Numbered from the stretch's first letter, positions 34,902-45,026 are shown. The stretch: 64,000 nucleotides of DNA from Acidimicrobiia bacterium (GCA_031429095.1 JANOYY010000037.1:74593-138592), one strand, 5' to 3'. Notes: generated from the letters alone by a model not told the origin. Made by a program: numbers and translations.

Positions 34902-36005
34902 ATGAAGTTGACCCACGCCGTTCTCCATCGGTTACGAATGCCCTTGGTCTCGCCATTTCGGACATCCTTTGGAACCGAGACGTCGCGACACGCGCTTTTG
35001 GTGCAAGTTCTCGGTCCCGACACGGAGGGGTGGGGTGAATGTGTCGCCGACGACGAGCCGCTGTACTCGGCCGAGTACAGCGAAGGGGCGCACGATGTCA
35101 TTGCGAGGTTCCTCCTTCCGCGGCTGAACGCGTCACACGTGGTAGCCGCAGAGCTCAGCACGCGCTTCGCGCCGATCCGCGGAAATCCCATGGCAAAGGG
35201 AGGTTTGGAGGCAGCAGTGCTGGACGCAGAATGCCGGGCGGTGGGACAACCACTGTCCGAGCGCCTCGGGGCAACGAAGACGCTCGTACCCGCCGGGGTG
35301 TCCGTCGGAATCCATGAGTCGACGGCGGAGTTACTGAAAACGGTCGAGTCATACCTGGCCGATGGGTATCGGCGAATCAAGCTGAAGATCGAGCCTGGCA
35401 ACGATCTCGATCAAGTCGGCGCGGTGCGTAAATCGTTTCCCGATGTGTTGCTTCAGGTCGACGCAAACGCCGCATACACCGTCGCCGACGCGCCCCGGCT
35501 TGCTCGCCTCGATGAGTTCGATCTTCTTCTGATCGAACAGCCGCTCCCCGAAGATGACATGGCGGGCCATGCCCGGTTGGCGCGGCTGATATCAACGCCG
35601 ATTTGTCTCGACGAGTCGATTAGTTCTCCACGGGCCGCGCTCCACGCGATCCAGATGGATGCGTGCCGCATCATCAACATCAAGCCCGGTCGAGTCGGCG
35701 GGTTTCTTGAGGCTGTCAAGATTCACGATATGTGTGTTGCGGCGGGTGTTGCAGTGTGGTGCGGAGGAATGCTGGAGACCGGCATAGGGCGCGCCGCCAA
35801 TGTTGCCCTTGCCGCGCTCCCCGGGTTCACCCTCCCCAACGACACGTCTGCTTCTGCGCGGTACTTCCACCGCGACGTGACCGACGCCTTTGTGCTCGAA
35901 GATGGCTGTCTTCGCGTACCGTCTGGTCCCGGTATCGGTTTGCTTCCTGATCCCGCTTCGCTTCGAGAGTTCACCGTGGCTACGCATACGATTCAGCTGG
36001 ACTGA
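34902..36005 (+). CDS. Enolase-superfamily o-succinylbenzoate synthase / N-acylamino-acid racemase-like enzyme
   Basis: 'PLVSPFRTSFGTET...GWGEC' and 'YRRIKLKI', 'LLIEQPL', 'ICLDES', 'INIKPGRVGG' give the MenC/NAAAR-type metal and acid/base residue pattern. Confidence 0.8.
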   Translation: MKLTHAVLHRLRMPLVSPFRTSFGTETSRHALLVQVLGPDTEGWGECVADDEPLYSAEYSEGAHDVIARFLLPRLNASHVVAAELSTRFAPIRGNPMAKGGLEAAVLDAECRAVGQPLSERLGATKTLVPAGVSVGIHESTAELLKTVESYLADGYRRIKLKIEPGNDLDQVGAVRKSFPDVLLQVDANAAYTVADAPRLARLDEFDLLLIEQPLPEDDMAGHARLARLISTPICLDESISSPRAALHAIQMDACRIINIKPGRVGGFLEAVKIHDMCVAAGVAVWCGGMLETGIGRAANVALAALPGFTLPNDTSASARYFHRDVTDAFVLEDGCLRVPSGPGIGLLPDPASLREFTVATHTIQLD

Positions 36006-36007
36006 AA

Positions 36008-37189
36008 ATGGAGCCGATCGCAGTTCCCGACGCCGATACAGGCTCACCGTCGTTGATTGTCGAATCGGGCCAGATCTTGCTCTTTCGTCTTTTCGACGTG
36101 GCAGATCGTGTCGACCTGGCTGCCGTGGAGCGGCAGCTTCGCTCGGAGGCATCATCGCGAGAAGGCGTCGGACGACTTCGACTTCAGCGTCAGCGCGACG
36201 GGGTTGTGTTCACCAATCCTCCGGTATCAGCCCGCCTGGCTGATAGATCATTGCTGGTCGGGTCCATCGAGTTCGCAGTGCGAGTAGTTGCGCGGGTTTA
36301 TGACTTCGGCGCGATGACAATCCTATGGTCACTTACGATTCCGTCCGGGACGTCGTTTGATGACCTTTCGGAACTCTCGGTTGAACTCGAGGGTGAAGCG
36401 ATGCGAGTCGATCTGCACCATATGATGGGCGAAGACGCGGAGTTGGCGGTTGAATCCATGCACCAAGGGCTGGTCGGCCCGAACATTCACGAATCGCAGG
36501 AAACTCTCACGGTGTACGCGATTCAGGCCTTTTCGTCCCCGGAACAGGTCAACGCTGAGCGTGTCGCCGCGCATCCGCTCCTTCCCTCTCTGCTCTTGGG
36601 AGAGCGCGACGAGTTTTCCAACCAGCTGCGCACGGAGTTGCTTCGCTCGTCGTATTCGTATTCAACCGACGATCTTGTCGTGATCGGATATGACCAGGCG
36701 TTGGTTTTTGATCCTGACGGAACCGAGGACGCAACCAACTTGCTTGAGTTCGCGCTCGCTCAGATGCTTGAGCTCGCCTACTACGACAGCCAGCTCGATG
36801 ATCGTATCGATCGCATGCACCGTCAGCTGTCACAGCGTCGAACGACGGGGCGCAAGAGCAACCGGAACTACGACGAATTGCGGCGCGATCTGCTGACCGA
36901 ACACCTTGCCTTCTCGGAAGTTATCGAAAAGGTCGGTGCCGCAGTCAAGGTCACCGAAGACCTTTATTATGCGGCCATCTACCGCGGCGCAATGCGCGTG
37001 TTCCGGGCGGATGAGATTGCCGACGCAACCCAACATAAACTCGAAGTGATGTATCGCACGTACTCGATGCTTTCCGACGAGGCAGAAGCGAATACTTCGC
37101 ATCGGCTCGAACTGATCGTGATCGTGCTGATCCTTATTGAGGTGGTCTACGGAACCATTGATGTAATCGAGAGGTTGGTCGCCTCCTAA
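36008..37189 (+). CDS. Conserved protein with C-terminal TM helix, possibly RMD1/DUF155 family
   Basis: It starts 2 nt after the MenC-like stop. 'YDFGAMTILWSL' and 'LLEFALAQMLELAYYDSQLD' resemble DUF155, and the terminal hydrophobic helix reads 'LIVIVLILIEVVYG'. The family call is tentative. Confidence 0.5.
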   Translation: MEPIAVPDADTGSPSLIVESGQILLFRLFDVADRVDLAAVERQLRSEASSREGVGRLRLQRQRDGVVFTNPPVSARLADRSLLVGSIEFAVRVVARVYDFGAMTILWSLTIPSGTSFDDLSELSVELEGEAMRVDLHHMMGEDAELAVESMHQGLVGPNIHESQETLTVYAIQAFSSPEQVNAERVAAHPLLPSLLLGERDEFSNQLRTELLRSSYSYSTDDLVVIGYDQALVFDPDGTEDATNLLEFALAQMLELAYYDSQLDDRIDRMHRQLSQRRTTGRKSNRNYDELRRDLLTEHLAFSEVIEKVGAAVKVTEDLYYAAIYRGAMRVFRADEIADATQHKLEVMYRTYSMLSDEAEANTSHRLELIVIVLILIEVVYGTIDVIERLVAS

Positions 37190-37233
37190 GACGCTGGTGT
37201 ACGAATAACCCCTCGGGTCGTTTCCCCGTCAGA

Positions 37234-38052
37234 ATGGCGGTTATGCCGGTGCCATCTCGCTCGTTCGACGTTGAGCCGATAACACTTGCGACGACACGTC
37301 GAGTTCGACGACCCGTGATGCTGCAGGGGTGGTACAACCTCGCGTCCATTCACTGGCCGTTCGACGGCGCCGTTGTGCAGGCGCTCTTGCCCAGCGGCTT
37401 TCGAGTCGACGAATTCAACAACAGCGCTTGGGTTGGACTCATCCCGTTTGAAATGCGGCGCATCAGACTTTCCTTCGGGCCGAACGGTGGACTGAGTCCG
37501 GGCCGATTTGGAACGTTCCCCGAAACAAATGTGCGTACGTATATTGTCGATCGACACGGTCGCCGTGGAGTGTGGTTCTTCAGCCTCGATATCACCCGCC
37601 TCGCGCCGACACTCGTGGCCCGCATCTGTTACGGGCTCCCGTACTGCACGGCCACGATGTCAATTACGAACCATATCAACGACTCCCAGGGCACCGACGA
37701 CCACAGTGCGATCAACGAAGGAGCGACGTACTCGTCCGATCGTCGATGGCCCCGATCGGCGCTTGGGCCGGCGCACAGCGATGTCGGAATCCGAATCGGG
37801 CCCCGCTGCCACGTGGAAACGAACGAGCTCGCCGCGTTCTTGTCGGCGCGCTGGGCGCTGGGATCACAGTTCGCCCGTCAGCTGGTGTGGGCCGAGGTCG
37901 AACACCCTGAGTGGGAGCTGTTTCATGCCGAGATCACGCATTGCGATGAAACGATGCTGGTCGCGGCGGGACTTCCCGCGCCGACGGGCGATCCGATCGC
38001 TCTGTGGTCGCCCGGAGTGGAGGTGCGGATCGGCCGACCAACCTTTGTCTAA
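37234..38052 (+). CDS. YqjF/DUF2071 family protein
   Basis: 'WYNLASIHWPFD', 'AWVGLIPFEM' and 'FPETNVRTYI' match the DUF2071 pattern as I recall it. Confidence 0.65.
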   Translation: MAVMPVPSRSFDVEPITLATTRRVRRPVMLQGWYNLASIHWPFDGAVVQALLPSGFRVDEFNNSAWVGLIPFEMRRIRLSFGPNGGLSPGRFGTFPETNVRTYIVDRHGRRGVWFFSLDITRLAPTLVARICYGLPYCTATMSITNHINDSQGTDDHSAINEGATYSSDRRWPRSALGPAHSDVGIRIGPRCHVETNELAAFLSARWALGSQFARQLVWAEVEHPEWELFHAEITHCDETMLVAAGLPAPTGDPIALWSPGVEVRIGRPTFV

Positions 38053-38329
38053 CGGCTGGGTGTAACCCTTCGGCGCAATTGAACGCGAATCAGTTGCATT
38101 GTGTCGGTAAACCTTTACTATGACGGTTGCGGCTCTGGTCTGTCTTCCGTCGCCAGACCAGGGCCGCACTCGTCTGCTAAGAAACTCAGGCTTACCAACG
38201 CCCTTACGGCGTTCAGGTGGCGGGCGCTTCGCTCGGCGGCGCCGCAATCTTGCCGCTTCGGGGTTTCGATTCCTTGGTGACGATGGCGTCGTGTTGGCAA
38301 CCGCCCGGCGTGCGTGATAGCCAAGACCG

Positions 38330-39574
38330 GTGCTTGATCTCCTGCGCCGCAACCGCGACTTCCGAATGCTTTGGTTGGCGAGTGTGGTGAGCCTGGGCGG
38401 CGACTGGTTCGCGACGGTGGCGTTGATCGGCAAAGTTACCTCGCTCGGCAAAGGCACTTGGCTCACGCCAGCGCTCGCTGCTTCTTTCGTGTTCGTGTGC
38501 CAAATGCTCCCGGCGTTTCTGGTCACTCCGATTGCCGGGCCCCTTGCGGATCGCTTTGACCGGAAGCGGATCATGATCAGTGCTTCGGTGCTCCAGTCGG
38601 CGGCCGCGCTGCTTTTTCTTGTTTCGACCCGACAGACCCTTTGGCTGGCGTTTGCCGCGCAGGCTGCGGTGTCGACGCTGGCTGGGTTCTTCTCGCCCGC
38701 GTCGCAGGCATCGCTGGCCAACCTTGTGACACCGGCGGACCTGCCAAAGGCTGCGTCGTTACTCGGTACGACCTGGGGTGCCATGTTGGCCCTGGGATCG
38801 TCGCTCGGCGCATGGTTCAGCACGCAGTTCGGCCGCGATGGCGCGTTCATCGCCGACGCTTTCAGTTTCATGGTTGCGGTGTTCTTCATCACCCAGATCA
38901 GAGGCCGCACGGCAGCTGCGAGCACGTCGGTCCGCCAGAGGATGCGCCCCATCGCAGACACAAAGGCCGCGCTCGCCTATGCCCGAACGAACCGACCGCT
39001 GTTCTTCCTGCTTTTTTCAAAGGGCGGCTTCGGCCTGGCGAGTGGTGTAATAGGTGTGCTTACTTCACTCGCCGATCATCGGTTTGGGGGCGGCGATCGC
39101 ACTATCGGTCTCCTGCTGGCCGCTCGTGGAATCGGCGTCGTTCTTGGTCCGGTGGTGGCCGGTCGGCTCGGCGGTACGAAGAACGTCGCCGGAATCCTGC
39201 AAACGTGTGGCCTATCGTGCGTCGTGTACGGGCTCGCCTATTTCGGTGTCGGTCATGCTCCGTACCTTTGGCTGGCCCTTGTGCTCACGGCAATAGCGCA
39301 TCTGGGTGGCGGAACTCAGTGGACCCTTTCTACCTATGGGCTCAACGCAAACACCCCCGACGAGTACCGGGGCCGAATCGGATCAGCAGACTTCGCGCTG
39401 GTGTCGTTGTCGATGAGCCTTAGCTTCGTCGCCGGGGGATGGCTTGACCGCGCCTTCGGAGCGACGACTGCGTTTACTGTCCTGTCGATTGTGTCGCTCC
39501 TCTGGGGCGGGCTGTACCTGCGTGCAACAACCTCGATTCGTTCCGCGATGGTGCGCGATGCCCTTGACACCTAG
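38330..39574 (+). CDS. MFS transporter (EntS/arabinose-efflux-like subgroup)
   Basis: It has the 'RNRDFRMLWLASVVSLGGDW' start, 'GPLADRFDRKRIM' in loop 2-3 and about 12 TM helices. Confidence 0.85.
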   Translation: MLDLLRRNRDFRMLWLASVVSLGGDWFATVALIGKVTSLGKGTWLTPALAASFVFVCQMLPAFLVTPIAGPLADRFDRKRIMISASVLQSAAALLFLVSTRQTLWLAFAAQAAVSTLAGFFSPASQASLANLVTPADLPKAASLLGTTWGAMLALGSSLGAWFSTQFGRDGAFIADAFSFMVAVFFITQIRGRTAAASTSVRQRMRPIADTKAALAYARTNRPLFFLLFSKGGFGLASGVIGVLTSLADHRFGGGDRTIGLLLAARGIGVVLGPVVAGRLGGTKNVAGILQTCGLSCVVYGLAYFGVGHAPYLWLALVLTAIAHLGGGTQWTLSTYGLNANTPDEYRGRIGSADFALVSLSMSLSFVAGGWLDRAFGATTAFTVLSIVSLLWGGLYLRATTSIRSAMVRDALDT

Positions 39575-39617
39575 ACGCGGTTGGAGTTTTGGCGCATGAG
39601 TTCGTTACGGTGGGACC

Positions 39618-40655
39618 ATGAAAATTTCAACCACTCTCGGTTTTGACGGCGATCCGGTTCGATACGCCCGCAAGGCGAAGGACCTTGAGTCGGCCGGAGT
39701 CGATCTCGTTTGGTCGGGGGAAATCTACGGATTTGATTTGGTTTCATCGCTCGCGTACCTCGCTGGAATCACAACGACGCTTGAACTGATGACCGGAATC
39801 ATCCCGGTGTACTCCCGTACCCCAGCTCTCATCGCCCAGACAGCAGCAACCATCGATGCACTATCGAATGGCCGGTTCCACCTCGGCCTCGGAAGCTCCG
39901 GCCCGCAGGTTATCGAGGGATGGCATGGCGTTCCCTTTGATCGACCTCTGCAACGAACCCGAGAGACCATTGAGGTGTGTCGGAAGGTGTGGTCTCGACA
40001 ACCCTTGAGTTACCAAGGCAAGACGATTCAGCTGCCGCTCCCCGCCGGCCAGGGAACGGGGCTCGGAAAGGCGCTCAAGCTTGCCGCGACTCCTTTGCGG
40101 CAAGATATCCCGATTTGGATCGCCGCTATTGGCCCGAAAAACGTTGAACTCGCCGCCGAAGTAGCGCACGGTTGGCAGCCAATCCACTTTGTCCCTGATC
40201 GCTTCGAACAAGTGTGGGGTGAATCCCTGAGGGCCGGATCCGCAAAACGTGACCCGGCCCTACCGCCGCTTCAGATCATGGCTGGAGGCACGGTAGCTCT
40301 GGGCAACGGGCCTGAGGTTCGCGAAGCGCGTGAAGGCACTCGGGGAAACGTTGGGTTCTATGTCGGCGGAATGGGAGCTCGCAACAAGAACTTCTACAAC
40401 GAGTTGTTCCATCGTTACGGATGGGAGCAAGAGGCGAAAGACATTCAAGATCTCTTCCTCTCCGGCAAACGTGAGGAAGCAATCGCCCGAGTGCCCGATG
40501 AATACGTTGACCTGGCGACGCTCGCCGGCGACCCCGGGTTCGTACGTGAACGTATTGCTGTGTACAAGTCGATTGGGGTCAGCTATCTCAACATCAACGT
40601 GGTCGGCGAAGAGCCGTTGAAGATTTTCGAACAGGTGAAAGCCTGGGCCGAGTAG
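39618..40655 (+). CDS. LLM-class (luciferase-like) F420-dependent oxidoreductase
   Basis: 'DLVWSGEIYGFD', 'TGIIPVYSRTPAL' and 'SNGRFHLGLGSSGPQVIEGWHG' are typical of LLM F420 enzymes. Confidence 0.85.
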   Translation: MKISTTLGFDGDPVRYARKAKDLESAGVDLVWSGEIYGFDLVSSLAYLAGITTTLELMTGIIPVYSRTPALIAQTAATIDALSNGRFHLGLGSSGPQVIEGWHGVPFDRPLQRTRETIEVCRKVWSRQPLSYQGKTIQLPLPAGQGTGLGKALKLAATPLRQDIPIWIAAIGPKNVELAAEVAHGWQPIHFVPDRFEQVWGESLRAGSAKRDPALPPLQIMAGGTVALGNGPEVREAREGTRGNVGFYVGGMGARNKNFYNELFHRYGWEQEAKDIQDLFLSGKREEAIARVPDEYVDLATLAGDPGFVRERIAVYKSIGVSYLNINVVGEEPLKIFEQVKAWAE

Positions 40656-40852
40656 GGGGCTCGGCCGACTCGGCGAGGCCGCGGCCATCGCGGACCCCGA
40701 CAACCCTCGGTACCCTGCGAACACGATCAAATACAGTCGGCCCTTCAGGCGATGGACTGGGCCAGCCGGTGGCCCTTTCGCCTGTGTTGATGACGATTGC
40801 TGCGGAAGTTCTCCAGCCCGAACGTCGGCGGCCCGATTCGTCGTAGGACGCG

Positions 40853-41509
40853 CTATCGCGTGGTGATGGTGATGTAGCGAATCTGAAGGTCCCCTTCGCT
40901 GGGGTTGCCGGGCATGTAGGGCATCGGCTCGGTATAGGTCACGCTCTCGATCTCCGATCCATGGAGCATCGCGTCGAGCGCACCATCTAGATCCTGCTTC
41001 TCCCACAGGTCGATGCGGTGCGTGAAGACGATCGCGCCCCTGGGAACGACTGCTCGACACAGATCCCGTACAACCGTGATCGGGTCGAGCGCGTAACTCA
41101 GCACGCCAACCGAGATTGCGCCATCGTAGCTTTGCGCCTCGACGGGAAGGGGGCCGCTATTGAAGTCATGGCGAATTGTGCGCCGGTAGAAACCCGTCGA
41201 GAGCGCAGCGTTGAGTGACGCCTCGGATACGTCCACACCGTCGACGGAGCGAATCCCACTCTCGTGCAGCGCCCTGCCGACCAACCCGGTGCCGCACCCA
41301 AGATCCAGCACCGACGCGTTGTTCGACCCCCGCACAAGCTGGGCGATCATCCGACCCGCAACGAAGGGCGCGTCGTAACGCCACTCGTTGACGAGTTCGT
41401 GCTCGTAGGTCGGCGCCCACTGGTCGTAGCGAGACGCGATCTCGCCGGGGTCGGTGAGGGGGGTCCGCAACCAACTCGCATCGGGATTCGATTCTTCCGC
41501 AGTGTTCAT
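40853..41509 (-). CDS. Class I SAM-dependent methyltransferase
   Basis: It has motif I 'VLDLGCGTGLVG' and a short soluble ~218-aa fold. Confidence 0.8.
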   Translation of the reverse strand: MNTAEESNPDASWLRTPLTDPGEIASRYDQWAPTYEHELVNEWRYDAPFVAGRMIAQLVRGSNNASVLDLGCGTGLVGRALHESGIRSVDGVDVSEASLNAALSTGFYRRTIRHDFNSGPLPVEAQSYDGAISVGVLSYALDPITVVRDLCRAVVPRGAIVFTHRIDLWEKQDLDGALDAMLHGSEIESVTYTEPMPYMPGNPSEGDLQIRYITITTR

Positions 41510-41581
41510 CCCTTCATCTTCGCATCAGCCATCGAGCGATTCATCTCGGAACTCGCGTTCGGCTTTCGGTCCTTGAATCGC

Positions 41582-42457
41582 TTACCGACCGTCGAGCGCT
41601 CGGATAAACATTTCGAGTGCATCTGCCGATTCCGTCATGAGCGGCACCCATACGATCGCGTCGGCACCCGCTTCGATCCACTGTTGTGATTGGTCAAGCC
41701 ACGTGCTGGTCTCTCCGGAGATCAAGAGTTCTGTGTACAGATCAACGTCGATTCCTTCGTAGATCCTCATCTGGCTCGCAAACCGTCCTTGGCTGATACG
41801 GATATCCAGTTCGGCGCGGGCCGCAGCGACGTCGGGTGTTGCATAAATGAACACCGTGAGTCGAGATGTCTGACCGATCGCAGCGCGGGTCTCGGCAACG
41901 TATGCCGGACCGGAGCATTCAGCAAGAATGACGCCATCAGCCGTCCGGGCGGCCAGCGCAATTGATTTGGCTTGACGGACTCCGAACGAGACAGATGGTT
42001 GCTCGCCACGAACTGGGTGAACAAGGGTGACGCTTTTCAGATGAACGTGGCGGCCGTCGAGGGTGACGCTTTCGCCTGCGACGAGGCGTTTTGCGGAAAC
42101 GGTGATTTCTTCAAGTGACGCCAACCAAGATGCTGGCGTCTCGCCGACCTGTTCAATCCAGAAGTCGACACCGTGGCCGAGACCCATGTGGAATCGTCCG
42201 GGAAATAGACGGGCGGTTGTCGCCCACTCCATAGCCATGAACGCGGTGTTTCGGACCACCGCGGGCGCGATCCCGAGTCCAACTTTTAGCGACTCGGTTA
42301 CCGCGAGGGCGACGGCGCACTGGCTGAAACCTCCGTGAAAACCGAGGTCCTCAACGACCCAGAGTTCGTCGAATCCGGCTGCCTCGGTTCGCCGTGCGAA
42401 GTCCGGCAGCAATTCGGGGGCAAAATCTCGGCGGAACATAACTCCAAACGACGTCAT
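41582..42457 (-). CDS. LLM-class flavin/F420-dependent oxidoreductase
   Basis: 'FDELWVVEDLGFHGG', 'GIAPAVVRN' and 'PGRFHMGLGHG' are present. Confidence 0.8.
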   Translation of the reverse strand: MTSFGVMFRRDFAPELLPDFARRTEAAGFDELWVVEDLGFHGGFSQCAVALAVTESLKVGLGIAPAVVRNTAFMAMEWATTARLFPGRFHMGLGHGVDFWIEQVGETPASWLASLEEITVSAKRLVAGESVTLDGRHVHLKSVTLVHPVRGEQPSVSFGVRQAKSIALAARTADGVILAECSGPAYVAETRAAIGQTSRLTVFIYATPDVAAARAELDIRISQGRFASQMRIYEGIDVDLYTELLISGETSTWLDQSQQWIEAGADAIVWVPLMTESADALEMFIRALDGR

Positions 42458-42511
42458 GGTTTGAGCTTTGCACGCCGTCGTGACTCATCCGGGTTCTGTG
42501 CTGCGTAAATT

Positions 42512-42528
42512 TGTTCCGCTCAGCGGAC
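42512..42528 (+). promoter_or_regulatory. 17-bp operator-like motif TGTTCCGCTCAGCGGAC (copy 1), upstream of the acyl-CoA ligase gene
   Basis: It is the exact reverse complement of 47923-47939. It contains the palindrome TCCGCT-C-AGCGGA and lies 73-89 nt upstream of ATG 42601 in a divergent intergenic region. Confidence 0.45.
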
Positions 42529-42600
42529 GACGGGCTTGCCTGTTGTGAGCCGATCGGGCCATCGTCACCGAATGCTGAAGATTCTGGTTCTGGAGTTCAC

Positions 42601-44142
42601 ATGTTGACGTCCAACCTCGGAGACTTACTTCGAAGGCGATCGCTTCGCAACCCAGGGATCGAAGCTGTCGTCGACCTTGCCGCTGGAACGAGAATCACCT
42701 ATGCGGAGCTCAACGAGCGCGTGAATCGAGTCGCAAACACATTGCTCGAACGAGGGGTGAAGCCAGGCGATAGAGTCGGTCTTTTGGCTGCGACCTCCGC
42801 CCAGTTCGTCGAGACATATTACGCCGCAGCAAAAATCGGAGCGGTAAGTGTGCTTATGAACTGGCGTCTCGTGCCGGATGAGTTGGAATTCCTGTTGGTG
42901 GATAGCGGTGCGAGTGCATTGGTTTTTAGCGCGGAGTTTGATGGTGCGGCGCGCCACCTTCATGATCGCAGTTCGACTGCGGTCAAAACCTGGATTCGTA
43001 TTGACGGCATCGGTGACGAATCCACGGAATGGGGAGCGCTCAGTTACACTGCGCTCACTTGCGATGCGTCGTGGGATGAACCACCGATCGGGGCTGGCGG
43101 CGACGATCTGGTCTGCCTCTGTTACTCCTCGGGGACCACGGGACGACCGAAGGGCGCGATGCTCACCCACGAGGGGCAACTCTTTGCAGTGCTAACCCAA
43201 GCTGCGTCCATTGACGGCTTCCATCAGCGCGACCGGTACTTGATTGCGCTGCCGCTGTTCCACCTCGGCGGGATACTGCCCCTCGAGAACGCTATGTATG
43301 CCGGGTCGACTGTGGTGCTGATGCGGCAGTTCGACCCTACAGCGATTTGGGATGTGATTGCGAGCGAGCGAATCGATAGCGGCCTCGTTGTCCCATCGAT
43401 GCTCAACATCATGTTGGCTGTGTTCGACCCGAACAAGCACGATTGCTCATCAATAAAAGCCCTGTCGGTGGCAGCCGCTCCGGTACCGCTCACGCTGCTG
43501 GAGCAGTGCCGCGAGAAAGGAATTGCGCTTTTGCAGACCTATGGACTCACCGAAGCCGGCGGGCCGGGCACGAACCTTTCAGCAGAATACGCAGAACGCA
43601 AGATTGGCTCGGCAGGCAAGGCCTACATGCTCACTGATGTGAGGGTTGCCCGACCGGATGGGTCGCCATGCGAGCCGGGCGAGCCCGGCGAAGTCTTGAT
43701 TCGCGCCCGCCACGTTATGAAGGGCTATTGGAACAATCCGGAGGCGACCGCGCAAACGATTGTTGACGGGTGGCTCCACACCGGAGACGTTGCGGTCTGG
43801 GACGACGAAGGATTCGTCACGATTCAAGACCGTATCAAGGACATGATCATCTCAGGGGGCGAAAACATCTATCCCGCGGAGATCGAAAACGTAATCCTCG
43901 CCCACCCCGACGTCGTCGAAGTGGCCGTGATTGCGAAGAAGTCGCAGCGCTGGGGGGAATCACCGCTCGCCTGTGTGGTTCGGTCGAGCGACACCCTGAC
44001 CGCAGTTGCGGTACTTGAGTGGTGCGACGAGAAGCTGGCCCGGTACAAACTGCCGAAAGAGGTGCGATTTGTCGATGCCATTCCCCGGAATTCGACGGGG
44101 AAGGCGTTGAAGCGGATCCTCCGGGATCAGTTCGGTGGATAA
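42601..44142 (+). CDS. AMP-forming acyl-CoA synthetase (fatty-acid/aromatic-acid CoA ligase family)
   Basis: AMP-binding motif 'YSSGTTGRPKGAM', 'YGLTE', 'GWLHTGD' and 'GKALKR' are present. The start is trimmed to ATG 42601 (GGAG upstream) because 42511-42528 is a repeated operator-like motif. Confidence 0.85.
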   Translation: MLTSNLGDLLRRRSLRNPGIEAVVDLAAGTRITYAELNERVNRVANTLLERGVKPGDRVGLLAATSAQFVETYYAAAKIGAVSVLMNWRLVPDELEFLLVDSGASALVFSAEFDGAARHLHDRSSTAVKTWIRIDGIGDESTEWGALSYTALTCDASWDEPPIGAGGDDLVCLCYSSGTTGRPKGAMLTHEGQLFAVLTQAASIDGFHQRDRYLIALPLFHLGGILPLENAMYAGSTVVLMRQFDPTAIWDVIASERIDSGLVVPSMLNIMLAVFDPNKHDCSSIKALSVAAAPVPLTLLEQCREKGIALLQTYGLTEAGGPGTNLSAEYAERKIGSAGKAYMLTDVRVARPDGSPCEPGEPGEVLIRARHVMKGYWNNPEATAQTIVDGWLHTGDVAVWDDEGFVTIQDRIKDMIISGGENIYPAEIENVILAHPDVVEVAVIAKKSQRWGESPLACVVRSSDTLTAVAVLEWCDEKLARYKLPKEVRFVDAIPRNSTGKALKRILRDQFGG

Positions 44143-44183
44143 CCTCGCTCAAACACCAGCGTCGCGGAGGTGGAGGGAGCCTC

Positions 44184-45026
44184 CTACGCTCGCTTTGGAA
44201 CCTGTGGCCAGTACTTTGCGAGAGCCCCGCCGTCGACGGTCACGTTGCTGCCGGTCATGAGGGCGCTGTCGTCGGAGGCCAGGAATATGATTGATCCAAC
44301 GTAGTCCGATGGGGTCGGGAGACGCTCCCAGGGGTTTGCACCGGTAAAATCCATCCGGCCTGCTGCGCGCATGGCCACGACTGCATCGCCGAACTGCGAC
44401 GCGAGGTCTGGGTCGTCGGGGACCGTCGCGGTTGGGGTGAAGCTGTTCACCCGAATGCCGTGGACCGCCAACTCCATCGCGGTCGAACGGGTGAAATTGA
44501 TCATTGCTGACTTCGCTGAGCAGTAGCCGATATTGCCGGCCTGACCCTGCCAGGCGGCCGTGGACAAAACGTTGATGATCGAGCCCCGGATAACTCGCTC
44601 GACCATCGACCGGGCCACCAGTCCAGTCATGATGAAGGAACCACCCAGGATGATGTCGACCTGTCTCCGGAATTCAGCTACTGGCATGTCGAGCACGCCG
44701 CGAGTGTCGAACTTCACTGCGTTGTTGATGAGAATATCTATGCGTCCATATCGCTCAAGAACCGTCTCGATGCATGATTTCATCGCATCGATGTCGGTCA
44801 CGTCGCCCGGAATGGCGAATGCTTCTCCACCGGACCTTTCGATTCCGTCGGCGCATGCTTGCGCTGTCTCCGCAACGATGTCATTGCACGCAACCGTGGC
44901 CCCGGCCGCCGCGAGACCGGTTGCCAACACGCCACCGATGTTTCGACTGGTGCCGGTGACCACCGCGACCTTGCCGCTCAACCGCCCCGCATAGCGGGAG
45001 AAGTCCAATTCACGTGCGACGCTCAT
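44184..45026 (-). CDS. SDR-family oxidoreductase
   Basis: 'GKVAVVTGTSRNIGG' is followed by a 'YCSAK' catalytic Y-x3-K. ATG 45026 overlaps the upstream stop (ATGA). Confidence 0.85.
   Translation of the reverse strand: MSVARELDFSRYAGRLSGKVAVVTGTSRNIGGVLATGLAAAGATVACNDIVAETAQACADGIERSGGEAFAIPGDVTDIDAMKSCIETVLERYGRIDILINNAVKFDTRGVLDMPVAEFRRQVDIILGGSFIMTGLVARSMVERVIRGSIINVLSTAAWQGQAGNIGYCSAKSAMINFTRSTAMELAVHGIRVNSFTPTATVPDDPDLASQFGDAVVAMRAAGRMDFTGANPWERLPTPSDYVGSIIFLASDDSALMTGSNVTVDGGALAKYWPQVPKRA

Noticed and set aside
38134-38213. Two hairpins (CTGGTCTG-N11-CAGACCAG at 38134-38160 and AACGCC-N5-GGCGTT at 38197-38213) between the DUF2071 and MFS genes, considered as terminators or a riboswitch.
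   Set aside because: The stems are real, but no T-tract or conserved riboswitch core was recognised. The genes are co-directional, so function cannot be judged without 3'-end data.
37864-38961. A 365-aa minus-strand ORF.
   Set aside because: It is antisense to the 3' end of the DUF2071 gene and the 5' third of the MFS transporter. It has Arg/Ala/Ser-rich composition and no motif.
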